A stretch of DNA of 32,000 nt from Candidatus Saccharimonadota bacterium (lineage in GTDB: Bacteria > Patescibacteriota > Patescibacteriia > 2-12-FULL-60-25), in NCBI GenBank assembly GCA_963718585.1, contig OY970357.1:240001-272000 (forward strand). The letters are read 5' to 3'. Below are positions 1 to 7,563 of the stretch, piece after piece. Under the pieces are notes generated by a model that ran no database searches, had not been told where the DNA came from, and saw only the letters and a list, made by a program, of their open reading frames with translations. The translations under genes and the position numbers were made by a program. Each line of letters begins with the position of its first letter. The stretch's first letter is position 1.

Positions 1-1209
1 GCGGGAGGGAAGGTCGCCGGGTCCATCGCTGACGTCGGTGCAACCGCCTACAAGCCATTGAAATTTTCCACGACCGCGGATGAGGTGAATGCGCTCATCG
101 GCGTGCCGCGTCCGCAAAAAGAAATGGTGGACGTCCTGCGCCGTCTCGGATTTCACGTCGCGACGGCAGGAAAGACCATCACTGCGACCGTGCCGTGGTG
201 GCGCGATCATGACATCGAGGATGGTCGTGACCTGGTCGAAGAGATCGCGCGCGTCGACGGATACGCGAACATCCCGGCGGTCGTGCCGGTCGGTCTCGCC
301 ACGCGGTCCATGGATCCGGAGCTTGTCTGGGAACGGCACGTGCGTGCAGCCGCCAAAGGCGCAGGTATGACCGAGACGTACACGTATTCCTTCGTGTCCG
401 TGGATCTGCTCGGCAAAGCGGAATACGACGCAAAACCATTGCTCCACGTGCAGAATCCGCTGTCCGCAGAGTTCGCGGTCATGCGCACGACGCTCCTCCC
501 TTCGCTCCTGCAGGTCGCTACCGAAAATCGGGAGCGTGCGGAGGTTCAGCGTCTCTTTGAGATCGCGAAGGTGTACTACCCGAAGGGAGAGGGGTGGAAG
601 GAGCTACCCGAAGAACAGCTCGAACTCGGCGCACTGTTCTTTGGCGTCGAGGAACCGTGGCGTCAGGCCAAGGGATTTGTCGAGCACGTGCTCCACGCCA
701 TGGGCATGGATGAGATCTCATGGAAACGACTGGACAACGATTCGTTCTGGCATCCCGGACGCACGGTGCAGGCGTTCTATAAAGGTGACCTCGCGGCCAC
801 GGTCGGCGAGGTCTCGCCGAAGATCGCGGCGAATTTCAAACTGGACGGCCCAGTCGGACTCGTGGACATGCCGCTCGGTATGCTCGTCCGACACGCGACG
901 ACCGCGCACACCTACGTCCCGGTGTCCGTGTTCCCGGAGGCGAAGCGCGATCTCGCGGTCGTGGTGGACCACCGCGTGGAATACGACGATATCGCGCGCG
1001 AGATCCAGCGGACCAGTGCGCTTATCACGGATGTCACCTGGTTCGACACCTATCAGGGCAAGAATCTGCCGGACGGCAAGAAGTCCGTGGCCATGCATCT
1101 CACCATGAGCGCACCGGATCGCACGCTTGAGAGCGGGGACGTGGACGGGTTGCTCGAGCAGGCGATCCTCGGATTGAAAGAGAAGTTCAAAGCCACGCTC
1201 CGCGCGTAG
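1..1209 (+). CDS. pheT: Phenylalanine--tRNA ligase beta subunit, C-terminal part (5' end lies upstream of the window)
   Basis: Frame 1 is open from base 1, with no stop before the listed ORF 58..1209. It carries the B5-domain signature VPWWRDHDIEDGRDLVEEIARVDGYANIP and the FDX-ACB-like tail FDTYQGKNLPDGKKSVAMHLTM typical of bacterial PheT. Confidence 0.9.
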   Translation, partial: AGGKVAGSIADVGATAYKPLKFSTTADEVNALIGVPRPQKEMVDVLRRLGFHVATAGKTITATVPWWRDHDIEDGRDLVEEIARVDGYANIPAVVPVGLATRSMDPELVWERHVRAAAKGAGMTETYTYSFVSVDLLGKAEYDAKPLLHVQNPLSAEFAVMRTTLLPSLLQVATENRERAEVQRLFEIAKVYYPKGEGWKELPEEQLELGALFFGVEEPWRQAKGFVEHVLHAMGMDEISWKRLDNDSFWHPGRTVQAFYKGDLAATVGEVSPKIAANFKLDGPVGLVDMPLGMLVRHATTAHTYVPVSVFPEAKRDLAVVVDHRVEYDDIAREIQRTSALITDVTWFDTYQGKNLPDGKKSVAMHLTMSAPDRTLESGDVDGLLEQAILGLKEKFKATLRA

Positions 1210-1229
1210 TATCCAAGGTAAATAAATAT

Positions 1230-1252
1230 GCCCCCGGTGAAGAGCCGGGGGC
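1230..1252. terminator. Bidirectional intrinsic terminator between convergent pheT and the 1260..1652(-) gene
   Basis: Perfect 8-bp GC stem GCCCCCGG / CCGGGGGC with loop TGAAGAG. It is flanked by gttgtgtt on the + strand and by auauuuauu on the - strand. Confidence 0.65.
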
Positions 1253-1259
1253 GTTGTGT

Positions 1260-1652
1260 TCATGGGAGGGAGGGTCTTTCGGTGTTCGCCATCTCGGTCT
1301 GATAGCGGATCGACGCGTCGAGCGTCTGCTGCTGGCGCTCGACCCGATTCTTGATCCGAATCTCGTAGGCGATCGCTGCGCGGATCTCGGATTTCAACGG
1401 TTCGAGGAGGACGCGTTCGATCGTCACGACGTAGAACCGTCCGAGCCTTCGCTTGAGCTGGACCGATGGCGCCGTGGATTCAGTCCCGACGTTCGGACGC
1501 AGGATCGCGCGAAGGAGTCCGCGGAGCATCGCTTTGAGCTCGTCTTTGCGCCGCGTGGCACGCGCCAACTCTCCCTTGAGGAGATCGAGCTCTTCGCTGA
1601 GCCCGGCGATGTAGGGGTCGTCTGGGAGTTCCAGATCCGTCTCTTTTCCCAT
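1260..1652 (-). CDS. Hypothetical protein (130 aa, charged/helical)
   Basis: The ORF has a strong Shine-Dalgarno (minus strand reads AAAGGAGGTTCCATG) and the terminator hairpin lies right after its stop. The overlapping + strand ORF 1254..1667 has no such signals. Confidence 0.6.
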   Translation of the reverse strand: MGKETDLELPDDPYIAGLSEELDLLKGELARATRRKDELKAMLRGLLRAILRPNVGTESTAPSVQLKRRLGRFYVVTIERVLLEPLKSEIRAAIAYEIRIKNRVERQQQTLDASIRYQTEMANTERPSLP

Positions 1653-1725
1653 GGGAACCTCCTTTGAGGGAAAGACCTGTTCGCTGGTTACTCCTTGGCG
1701 GGATTTCGGTCAAGATTCCAGGGCG

Positions 1726-1734
1726 TGGTATACT
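1726..1734 (+). promoter_or_regulatory. Extended -10-like element (TGgTATACT) 6 nt upstream of ATG 1741; putative leaderless promoter
   Basis: The sequence reads gTGgTATACT gtttcc ATG, with no Shine-Dalgarno in between. This spacing places a typical transcription start at or next to the A of the ATG. Confidence 0.45.
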
Positions 1735-1740
1735 GTTTCC

Positions 1741-2076
1741 ATGACGCTTAACTCCACGCTCGACGTGCTGTACCTCGTCCTGGCGATCTCCGCCGGATGG
1801 ATCGCGATCTTCATCTGCTGGATGTTGTATGAGATCGCGAAATTATTGCATCAGGCCAATGCGCTCGTGACTGACACGCGCGAGAAGATCTCGCGGTTGG
1901 AACACGCCGTGATGGCTGTCAAAGAGAAATTGGAATCCTCTGCGACATATCTCGGGGCCATCGCCGAAGGGGGGAAATCGCTCTTGTCCTTCCTGCACAC
2001 GAAGGAGGAGAAGAAGGAACAGCGCCGCCGCACGCGCAAAAAGAAGTCCGACGAAGACGACGAAGACGAGGAGTAG
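1741..2076 (+). CDS. Small membrane-anchored protein with acidic/basic tail (DUF948-like by recollection)
   Basis: The internal ATG at 1741 of ORF 1651..2076 starts MTLNSTLDVLYLVLAISAGWIAIFICWMLYEIAKLL (one TM helix). This is followed by a helical segment and a KKEQRRRTRKKKSDEDDEDEE tail. The family name is from memory only. Confidence 0.6.
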   Translation: MTLNSTLDVLYLVLAISAGWIAIFICWMLYEIAKLLHQANALVTDTREKISRLEHAVMAVKEKLESSATYLGAIAEGGKSLLSFLHTKEEKKEQRRRTRKKKSDEDDEDEE

Positions 2077-2084
2077 AAGTGATT

Positions 2085-2147
2085 GTCATCTTGAGCCTGT
2101 CGAAAGATCTTCCAATTGGAAGGTCCCTCGGCTTTGCTCGGGACGAC
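2085..2147 (+). repeat. Imperfect 63-nt inverted-repeat/hairpin element with perfect central palindrome
   Basis: The outer arms GTCATCTTGAGC (2085-2096) and GCTCGGGACGAC (2136-2147) pair at 11 of 12 positions if G-U is allowed. The centre is the perfect 14-nt palindrome CTTCCAATTGGAAG (2109-2122). A T-rich tract (aattattttgtattt) follows, so it may also terminate the upstream gene. Confidence 0.5.
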
Positions 2148-2247
2148 AATTATTTTGTATTTGGCATTCTTGAGCGCAGTCGCTAAGCTCCAATCAACTT
2201 GTGCATAACGTCTCCGCAGGCCTTGCGCCGTCAGCAGAGACCCGTCT

Positions 2248-5200
2248 ATGTCCGACCCCAAGACCCAACCAAAGAGTCCCTTCGTCCATCTGCATGCGCA
2301 CAGCATGTATTCGCTGTTGGATGCGATGGGGGATCCGGCGGATCTGGTCGCGCGGGCGAAAGAGCTGGGATACGACGCGATCGCCCTGACCGACCATGGG
2401 GGGCTCTACGGCGCGGTCGAGTTCTTCGAGGCCGCGAAGAAGGCGGGCATCAAAGCGATCATCGGCGTGGAGGCGTACCTTGCGCCGAACAAGCTCACGG
2501 ACAAGCGGCCGCGCATCGACGATCAGATCGCACACTTGACCCTGCTCGCGGAGACCAACGAGGGGTATCAGAATCTGCTCCGGCTCGTGTCCGCGGCGTA
2601 TCTCGACGGGTTTTACTACAAACCGCGCATGGACAAGGAGATCCTACGTGCGCATCACGAGGGATTGATCGCGTTGTCCGGCTGCATGAAGGGACAGATC
2701 CCCAAGGCGGTCCAGCTCCATGATCAGGAAAAGGCCGAGGAGCTTGTGCGCGAGTATCAAGAGATCTTCGGTACGGACAATTTCTTCCTCGAGATCGTCC
2801 ATCATCCGGAGAATGCGACGCAGATCGAGGTGAACGAGGGACTCATCGAGCTGGCGAAGAAGACCGGCGCGCCGCTCGTGGGCACCAAGGACGTGCATTA
2901 TCTCCATCCGGACGATGCGGAGGCGCAGGACGCGCTGCAGTGCATCCACGACGGCAAGCTATTGTCTGACAACAATCGGTACAGCATCAATACGGTCGAT
3001 CACTCCATGTCTGCGCCGGAAGACATGGTCGAGGCATTCAAGGACATTCCGGAAGCGGTCGAGAATACGCGCAAGATCGCGGATCGGTGCACGACGACGC
3101 TCGAGCTCGGACACAACCACCTTCCGGTCTTCGAAGTGCCGGACGGCAAAGACGCGGACGCATATCTCAAAGAGCTCTGCGACGAGGGGATGGTCTTCCG
3201 ATACGGGTCGCATCCGCCGGCAGAGGCGGTCGAGCGGCTCGCGTTCGAGCTCGAGACCATCAAGCGCATGGGATTCGCGGCATACTTCTTGATCGTCCAA
3301 GACTACGTCGTATGGGCGAAGGAGAATGGCGTGGTCGTGGGTCCGGGCCGCGGATCCGCCGCCGGGTCCATCGTCGCGTACACCCTGCAGATCACCAACC
3401 TCGACCCGCTCCGGTACGGCCTGCTCTTTGAGCGCTTCCTCAATCCCGACCGCATCTCCATGCCCGATGTGGATATGGACTTCGACGATGTGAAGCGGGC
3501 GGATGTCATCAATTACGTGTCGGAGAAGTACGGCCATGATCGCGTCGCCGGCATCATCACGTTCGGGACCATGGCCGCGCGCGCGGCCGTGCGCGATGTC
3601 GGGCGCGTGCTCGGACTGACCTTCCAAGAGGTCGATCGCGTGGCCAAGGTGATCCCGCCGCCGGTGCAGGGGCGCCACATCCCGCTCGCGGAATCGGCGA
3701 AGAACGCGCCGGAATTGCGTGCCATGATCGAGGCGGAACCGCGTATCCGCCAGCTCGTGGAACTCGCGATCAGACTGGAAGGGACCGCGCGACATGCATC
3801 CCAGCATGCCTGCGGCATCGTGATCGCGCCGCGGCCGCTCGTGGAATATGCGCCGCTGCAAAAAGCGCAGGGCGGCGACGTGGATCAGGTGATCCAATAT
3901 GCCAATCATTCGGCCGAGGTGAGCGGCCTGCTGAAGATGGACTTCCTCGGACTCTCCAACCTCACGATCATCCGCGACTGTCTCGAGATCATGGAGGCCG
4001 TGTACGGCGAAACGGTCAATATCGATGCGATCCCGCTTGATGACAAGGAGACGTTCGAGCTCTTCCGCCGCGCAGAGACGACCGGCGTGTTCCAGCTTGA
4101 ATCCGACGGCATGAAGCGCTACATCAAGGAGCTCAAACCCACGGTCTTCGAGGACATCATCGCCATGGTCGCGCTGTATCGTCCCGGGCCGATGCAGTTC
4201 ATCGATTCGTTCATCAAGCGCAAACACGGCAAGGAGCGGATCACGTATGCGCATCCGCTGTTGAAGAACGCGCTGGAGAACACCTATGGCCTTCCGATCT
4301 ATCAGGAGCAGGTCATGCAAGTGTCCAAGGACATGGCCGGCTTCACGGGCGGCCAGGCCGACACGTTGCGCAAGGCGATGGGGAAGAAGATCGCCAAGCT
4401 CATGGCCGAGATGAAGGAGAGGTTCATCGAGGGTTCGGTGAAGAACGGCGTGGACAAGCCGATCGCCGAACAGATCTTCCACCAGTTCGAGGAATTCGCC
4501 GCGTACGGATTCAACAAGTCGCATGCGGCGTGCTACGCGATGATCGCGTATCAGACCGCATATCTGAAGGCGCACTGGCCGGAGTGTTTCATGGCCGCGC
4601 TGATGAATTCGGATCATACGAACCTCGACCGCATCACGATCGAGGTCGATGAGTGCCGGCGCATGGGCATGACCGTGCTCCCGCCGGACGTGAACGAGTC
4701 GTTCGCGAGTTTTTCGGTCGTGAAGGACGCGCCGACCCCGACGATCCGGTTCGGCTTGTTGGCGATCAAGAATCTTGGGCAGGACGTGGTCGAGGCGCTC
4801 ATCCGCGAACGTAAAGAGAACGGACCGTTCGCGGATCTGACCGACTTCGCCACGCGGCTCGCGGGTCGGGTGATGAACAAGAAGTCACTCGAAAGTTTGA
4901 TCCGCTCCGGTGCTATGGATCGGTTCGGCGATCGGAATCAGCTTCTTTTCAACATCGATGTCATCCTTGAATACGCACGAGCGCGCGAGCACGAGGCGGC
5001 GTCTGGGCAGTTCAGTTTATTCGCGACCGGGCCGACGAGCGCGCCGGCGCTTCATCTCAAGGCGGCACCGCCCGCGGATCCGTATGAGCTGCTCGCATGG
5101 GAAAAAGAACTCCTTGGTCTGTACATCTCGGATCATCCGTACCGTGCGTATGAGAGCAAGCTGGCGCACATGGTGACGCCGATCTTGGAGTTGGGGTCCA

Positions 5201-5826
5201 AGGTCAAGGAAAAGTCCGTCCGGATCGCGGGGGTGCTTACCGAAGCGAAGAAGATCCTGACCAAGAACGGGGAACCGATGATGTTCGCGAAGGTCGAGGA
5301 TCTCACGGGAACATGCGAGGCGATCCTGTTCCCGCGCGTTTTGCAGGAGGTAGGGGATCTGTGGGCCGTGGACCGTGTCTTGGTCGTGAGCGGCCGACCG
5401 CAGGATAAGGACGGAGAGATGAAGGTACTCGTAGAGACCTCTTACGAGGTCACGCCCAAGAATATCGATGAGATCGTTGCACAGTCTTCCGGGATGCCGC
5501 GACAGGTGGAAGCAGAGAAGCCGACCCCTGCGCCAGCGCCCGGAGAGTCTCCTGAGGTAGAAGCGTCCGAAGTGGGTGCGACGACGGAAGGGCAGACCAC
5601 CCCGCTCGGGGTCGTGATCCACGTCCGGGCCACCCTGCCGGAGACCGTACTCATCCATCTACGCAGGGTCTTTGATGCGCATCCGGGCATGCATCAGGTC
5701 TATTTCCTCATCGATGACGTGGATGGCAAGCGGAAGATCAGATCCTCGGCACAGGTCTCATTCGGGGAGACGTTCGTGACCGGCATCGAAGCGGTCCTGG
5801 GGAAGGGGACGGTCCGCGTGGGGTAG
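2248..5826 (+). CDS. dnaE: DNA polymerase III alpha subunit
   Basis: The 1192-aa ORF has an N-terminal PHP domain (FVHLHAHSMYSLLDAMG...ALTDHGGLYG). It also has a polymerase core (GPGRGSAAGSIVAYTLQITNLDPL, PDVDMDFDD), a helix-hairpin-helix region and an OB-fold region. Confidence 0.97.
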   Translation: MSDPKTQPKSPFVHLHAHSMYSLLDAMGDPADLVARAKELGYDAIALTDHGGLYGAVEFFEAAKKAGIKAIIGVEAYLAPNKLTDKRPRIDDQIAHLTLLAETNEGYQNLLRLVSAAYLDGFYYKPRMDKEILRAHHEGLIALSGCMKGQIPKAVQLHDQEKAEELVREYQEIFGTDNFFLEIVHHPENATQIEVNEGLIELAKKTGAPLVGTKDVHYLHPDDAEAQDALQCIHDGKLLSDNNRYSINTVDHSMSAPEDMVEAFKDIPEAVENTRKIADRCTTTLELGHNHLPVFEVPDGKDADAYLKELCDEGMVFRYGSHPPAEAVERLAFELETIKRMGFAAYFLIVQDYVVWAKENGVVVGPGRGSAAGSIVAYTLQITNLDPLRYGLLFERFLNPDRISMPDVDMDFDDVKRADVINYVSEKYGHDRVAGIITFGTMAARAAVRDVGRVLGLTFQEVDRVAKVIPPPVQGRHIPLAESAKNAPELRAMIEAEPRIRQLVELAIRLEGTARHASQHACGIVIAPRPLVEYAPLQKAQGGDVDQVIQYANHSAEVSGLLKMDFLGLSNLTIIRDCLEIMEAVYGETVNIDAIPLDDKETFELFRRAETTGVFQLESDGMKRYIKELKPTVFEDIIAMVALYRPGPMQFIDSFIKRKHGKERITYAHPLLKNALENTYGLPIYQEQVMQVSKDMAGFTGGQADTLRKAMGKKIAKLMAEMKERFIEGSVKNGVDKPIAEQIFHQFEEFAAYGFNKSHAACYAMIAYQTAYLKAHWPECFMAALMNSDHTNLDRITIEVDECRRMGMTVLPPDVNESFASFSVVKDAPTPTIRFGLLAIKNLGQDVVEALIRERKENGPFADLTDFATRLAGRVMNKKSLESLIRSGAMDRFGDRNQLLFNIDVILEYARAREHEAASGQFSLFATGPTSAPALHLKAAPPADPYELLAWEKELLGLYISDHPYRAYESKLAHMVTPILELGSKVKEKSVRIAGVLTEAKKILTKNGEPMMFAKVEDLTGTCEAILFPRVLQEVGDLWAVDRVLVVSGRPQDKDGEMKVLVETSYEVTPKNIDEIVAQSSGMPRQVEAEKPTPAPAPGESPEVEASEVGATTEGQTTPLGVVIHVRATLPETVLIHLRRVFDAHPGMHQVYFLIDDVDGKRKIRSSAQVSFGETFVTGIEAVLGKGTVRVG

Positions 5827-5893
5827 GGCTTGACAGTCTGCGTTGAGTATGGGAGTCTCAAATAGAACTTTACATGGGGGTCACCCCCAAGGA

Positions 5894-6136
5894 ATGGAGA
5901 TGACAGAGCAGCAACGGGCACAAGAGGTATTCCTCCAGCTCATCGAAGACGCGCCGGGCGCTTTGGACCCGGTCATTCTCTTCGGGATGCTGGGCGATGA
6001 ACTCTTTCATGCGTGCGGATATCGCGGGGCGCTTGCGTCTCTCGATGACTTTGCCACGCTCACGGACGCGGAAGCCCGTTCCGCCTGCGATCTCATTCCA
6101 CGCCTGCTCGACGTGCGTCCATCGGACGCCGCCTAA
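5894..6136 (+). CDS. Hypothetical small protein (about 78-97 aa; start uncertain: 5843 TTG, 5894 ATG or 5900 ATG)
   Basis: AAGGA lies 6 nt upstream of ATG 5900, and a canonical + strand intrinsic terminator follows the stop. The competing minus-strand ORF 5870..6238 would contain that terminator and overlap the next gene. Confidence 0.45.
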   Translation: MEMTEQQRAQEVFLQLIEDAPGALDPVILFGMLGDELFHACGYRGALASLDDFATLTDAEARSACDLIPRLLDVRPSDAA

Positions 6137-6150
6137 CGTGTTTGTCTCCG

Positions 6151-6180
6151 ACCCGCTGATCCAGCGGGTTTTTTGTTTTT
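6151..6180 (+). terminator. Rho-independent terminator after the dnaE/small-ORF unit
   Basis: ACCCGCTG-atc-CAGCGGGT hairpin followed by TTTTTTGTTTTT. Confidence 0.85.
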
Positions 6181-6184
6181 CCGC

Positions 6185-6190
6185 TACAAT
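6185..6190 (+). promoter_or_regulatory. -10-like TACAAT 8 nt upstream of ATG 6199; putative leaderless promoter
   Basis: The sequence reads gcTACAAT aggcgcat ATG, with no Shine-Dalgarno and a T-rich tract upstream. No good -35 is visible. Confidence 0.35.
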
Positions 6191-6198
6191 AGGCGCAT

Positions 6199-7563
6199 AT
6201 GGACACCCGCGAACAGCTACGGATCCGCGAGAGCGCAAAGCTGGCGCATGGCGCGCGCGAGCTTGATCAGCGGATCGCCGAGGCCGATGCGGCGGTCAAC
6301 GCAGCGGAGGCGCAGCAGGCGTCCGCGGAAGAGGTCGAATCGCTCACGCTCGATGCGGAGAATGTCCGTTCCGAGAAGGAATTGTTCCTCTGGCAGCACG
6401 ACACGACCGGTGCGTGGAAGGCCGAGCGTTTCGGGAAAGATCTCCGGACGATGTATGAGGATCTCGGATTCGAGCGCGCACCGGAAGGAGCACAGTTCCG
6501 GTCTGAGGCCGCGTCACGGACGCATCTTCTTCTCGTGAACATGGGCGAACTTGATCGGTTGAATGAATCCGGAGACCACGACCTCGGGGATAAGGCACTG
6601 GATCTGACGTTTGCGCGAATGCAGGAGGCGGTCCGTTCCGCGCTCATCGAACAGGACAGAACGTTAGCAAAAGACGAGACGAGCCTTGTTTCGAAATACG
6701 ATATCTATCGGACCGCGGGAAATGATTTTTCGTTGGTCCTGCGTGACGCGTCCGAAGAGACGGCGGAGCAAGTGAGGCGAGCGATGTCCGGATCGCTCGA
6801 TGTCTCGGGATTGAAAGCCGGGCAGGAACCTGCGCCTCTTTCGGCCATGCGTGTGAATGTCGGCGATGCCGCGCGGATGATGGAAGCGATCCGTCCGGTT
6901 CCTGACCACGAAGATGGCGCCGAAGCCACCTTGTTCATCGCCGCCTTGCGAGAGAAGCTTTTGACCTTAAGTGATTTTGATAAGATCCGTTCCCGCGTCG
7001 AACGGATGGCGACGAAGATCCGTACAGGAGGGGAGGGGATGTCAGCAGAAGAGCTGTATGGGAAGTATTTGAAAAAGACACTGGGGACGCTGTTCGCGGA
7101 ACCGGATGCGCCGGCCATGGAGTTCGACGCCTTTACGCAAGAGCTGGATGAGCGAGGCGCGTTCGAAGAGGATGGGTTCCAATGGAACAAAAAATTATTC
7201 AATCTGTCGTCGGATGAAGCCTTGCGGATGTTCAAAACGCGGACCGCGTTGGTCCGTCGGAACAGTCAGGTCATCCTCGAGAGCGTTTTGAGTGATCTCC
7301 GTTCCCAGGGAGGTGCGTTGGCGGAAGAGCTCGGAGAAGGGCCCCCGCCATCGAGCGAACGGCGTCTTGCCGAGGTCTCGGAGGATGCGATCGCCGCATT
7401 TGAAAAACGGATCGATCATCTTGGCGAGTCGACAGGGGAACGACGGTTGCGTGAATTGGAGTTGGCCGTCGTGGAAGACCGGGGGGAGGGCCGGTCGCTG
7501 AAGCGAAACAACGGAAAGCCCAGCTCGCTTTGGAGATCGAACGAAGTAAACGCGATGCACTGA
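6199..7563 (+). CDS. Degenerate GGDEF-like (AGNDF) domain protein with long helical C-terminal region; possibly the N-terminal part of a split gene
   Basis: This rests on a hand alignment to the GGDEF fold. WQHDTTGAWKAERFGKDL matches D-x-LTGL-x-NR-x-F. LLLVNMGELDRLNESGDHDLGD matches DxDxFKxxNDxxGHxxGD. IYRTAGNDFSLVL matches RxGGDEFxxxL. No TM or sensor domain is recognisable. Confidence 0.7.
   Translation: MDTREQLRIRESAKLAHGARELDQRIAEADAAVNAAEAQQASAEEVESLTLDAENVRSEKELFLWQHDTTGAWKAERFGKDLRTMYEDLGFERAPEGAQFRSEAASRTHLLLVNMGELDRLNESGDHDLGDKALDLTFARMQEAVRSALIEQDRTLAKDETSLVSKYDIYRTAGNDFSLVLRDASEETAEQVRRAMSGSLDVSGLKAGQEPAPLSAMRVNVGDAARMMEAIRPVPDHEDGAEATLFIAALREKLLTLSDFDKIRSRVERMATKIRTGGEGMSAEELYGKYLKKTLGTLFAEPDAPAMEFDAFTQELDERGAFEEDGFQWNKKLFNLSSDEALRMFKTRTALVRRNSQVILESVLSDLRSQGGALAEELGEGPPPSSERRLAEVSEDAIAAFEKRIDHLGESTGERRLRELELAVVEDRGEGRSLKRNNGKPSSLWRSNEVNAMH

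Noticed and set aside
1254-1667. A + strand 137-aa ORF overlapping the 1260..1652 minus-strand ORF.
   Set aside because: The minus-strand ORF has a near-perfect AGGAGG SD and a terminator after its stop. The + ORF starts inside the pheT terminator region and has neither signal.
2959-4617. A 552-aa ORF antisense to dnaE. Similar long antisense ORFs occur at 21988..23127, 23293..24246, 24502..25683 and 25830..26642.
   Set aside because: Each lies entirely opposite a gene with strong homology or clear signal-peptide and domain structure. Their translations are Arg/Pro/Gly/His-rich low-complexity sequence typical of stop-poor antisense frames in high-GC3 DNA. No start signals or terminators support them.
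5870-6238. A minus-strand 122-aa ORF overlapping the small + ORF downstream of dnaE.
   Set aside because: It would contain the strong + strand terminator hairpin and T-run (6151-6180) within its coding region. It would also start inside the 6199 gene. The + strand reading is favoured, although it is itself only moderately supported.
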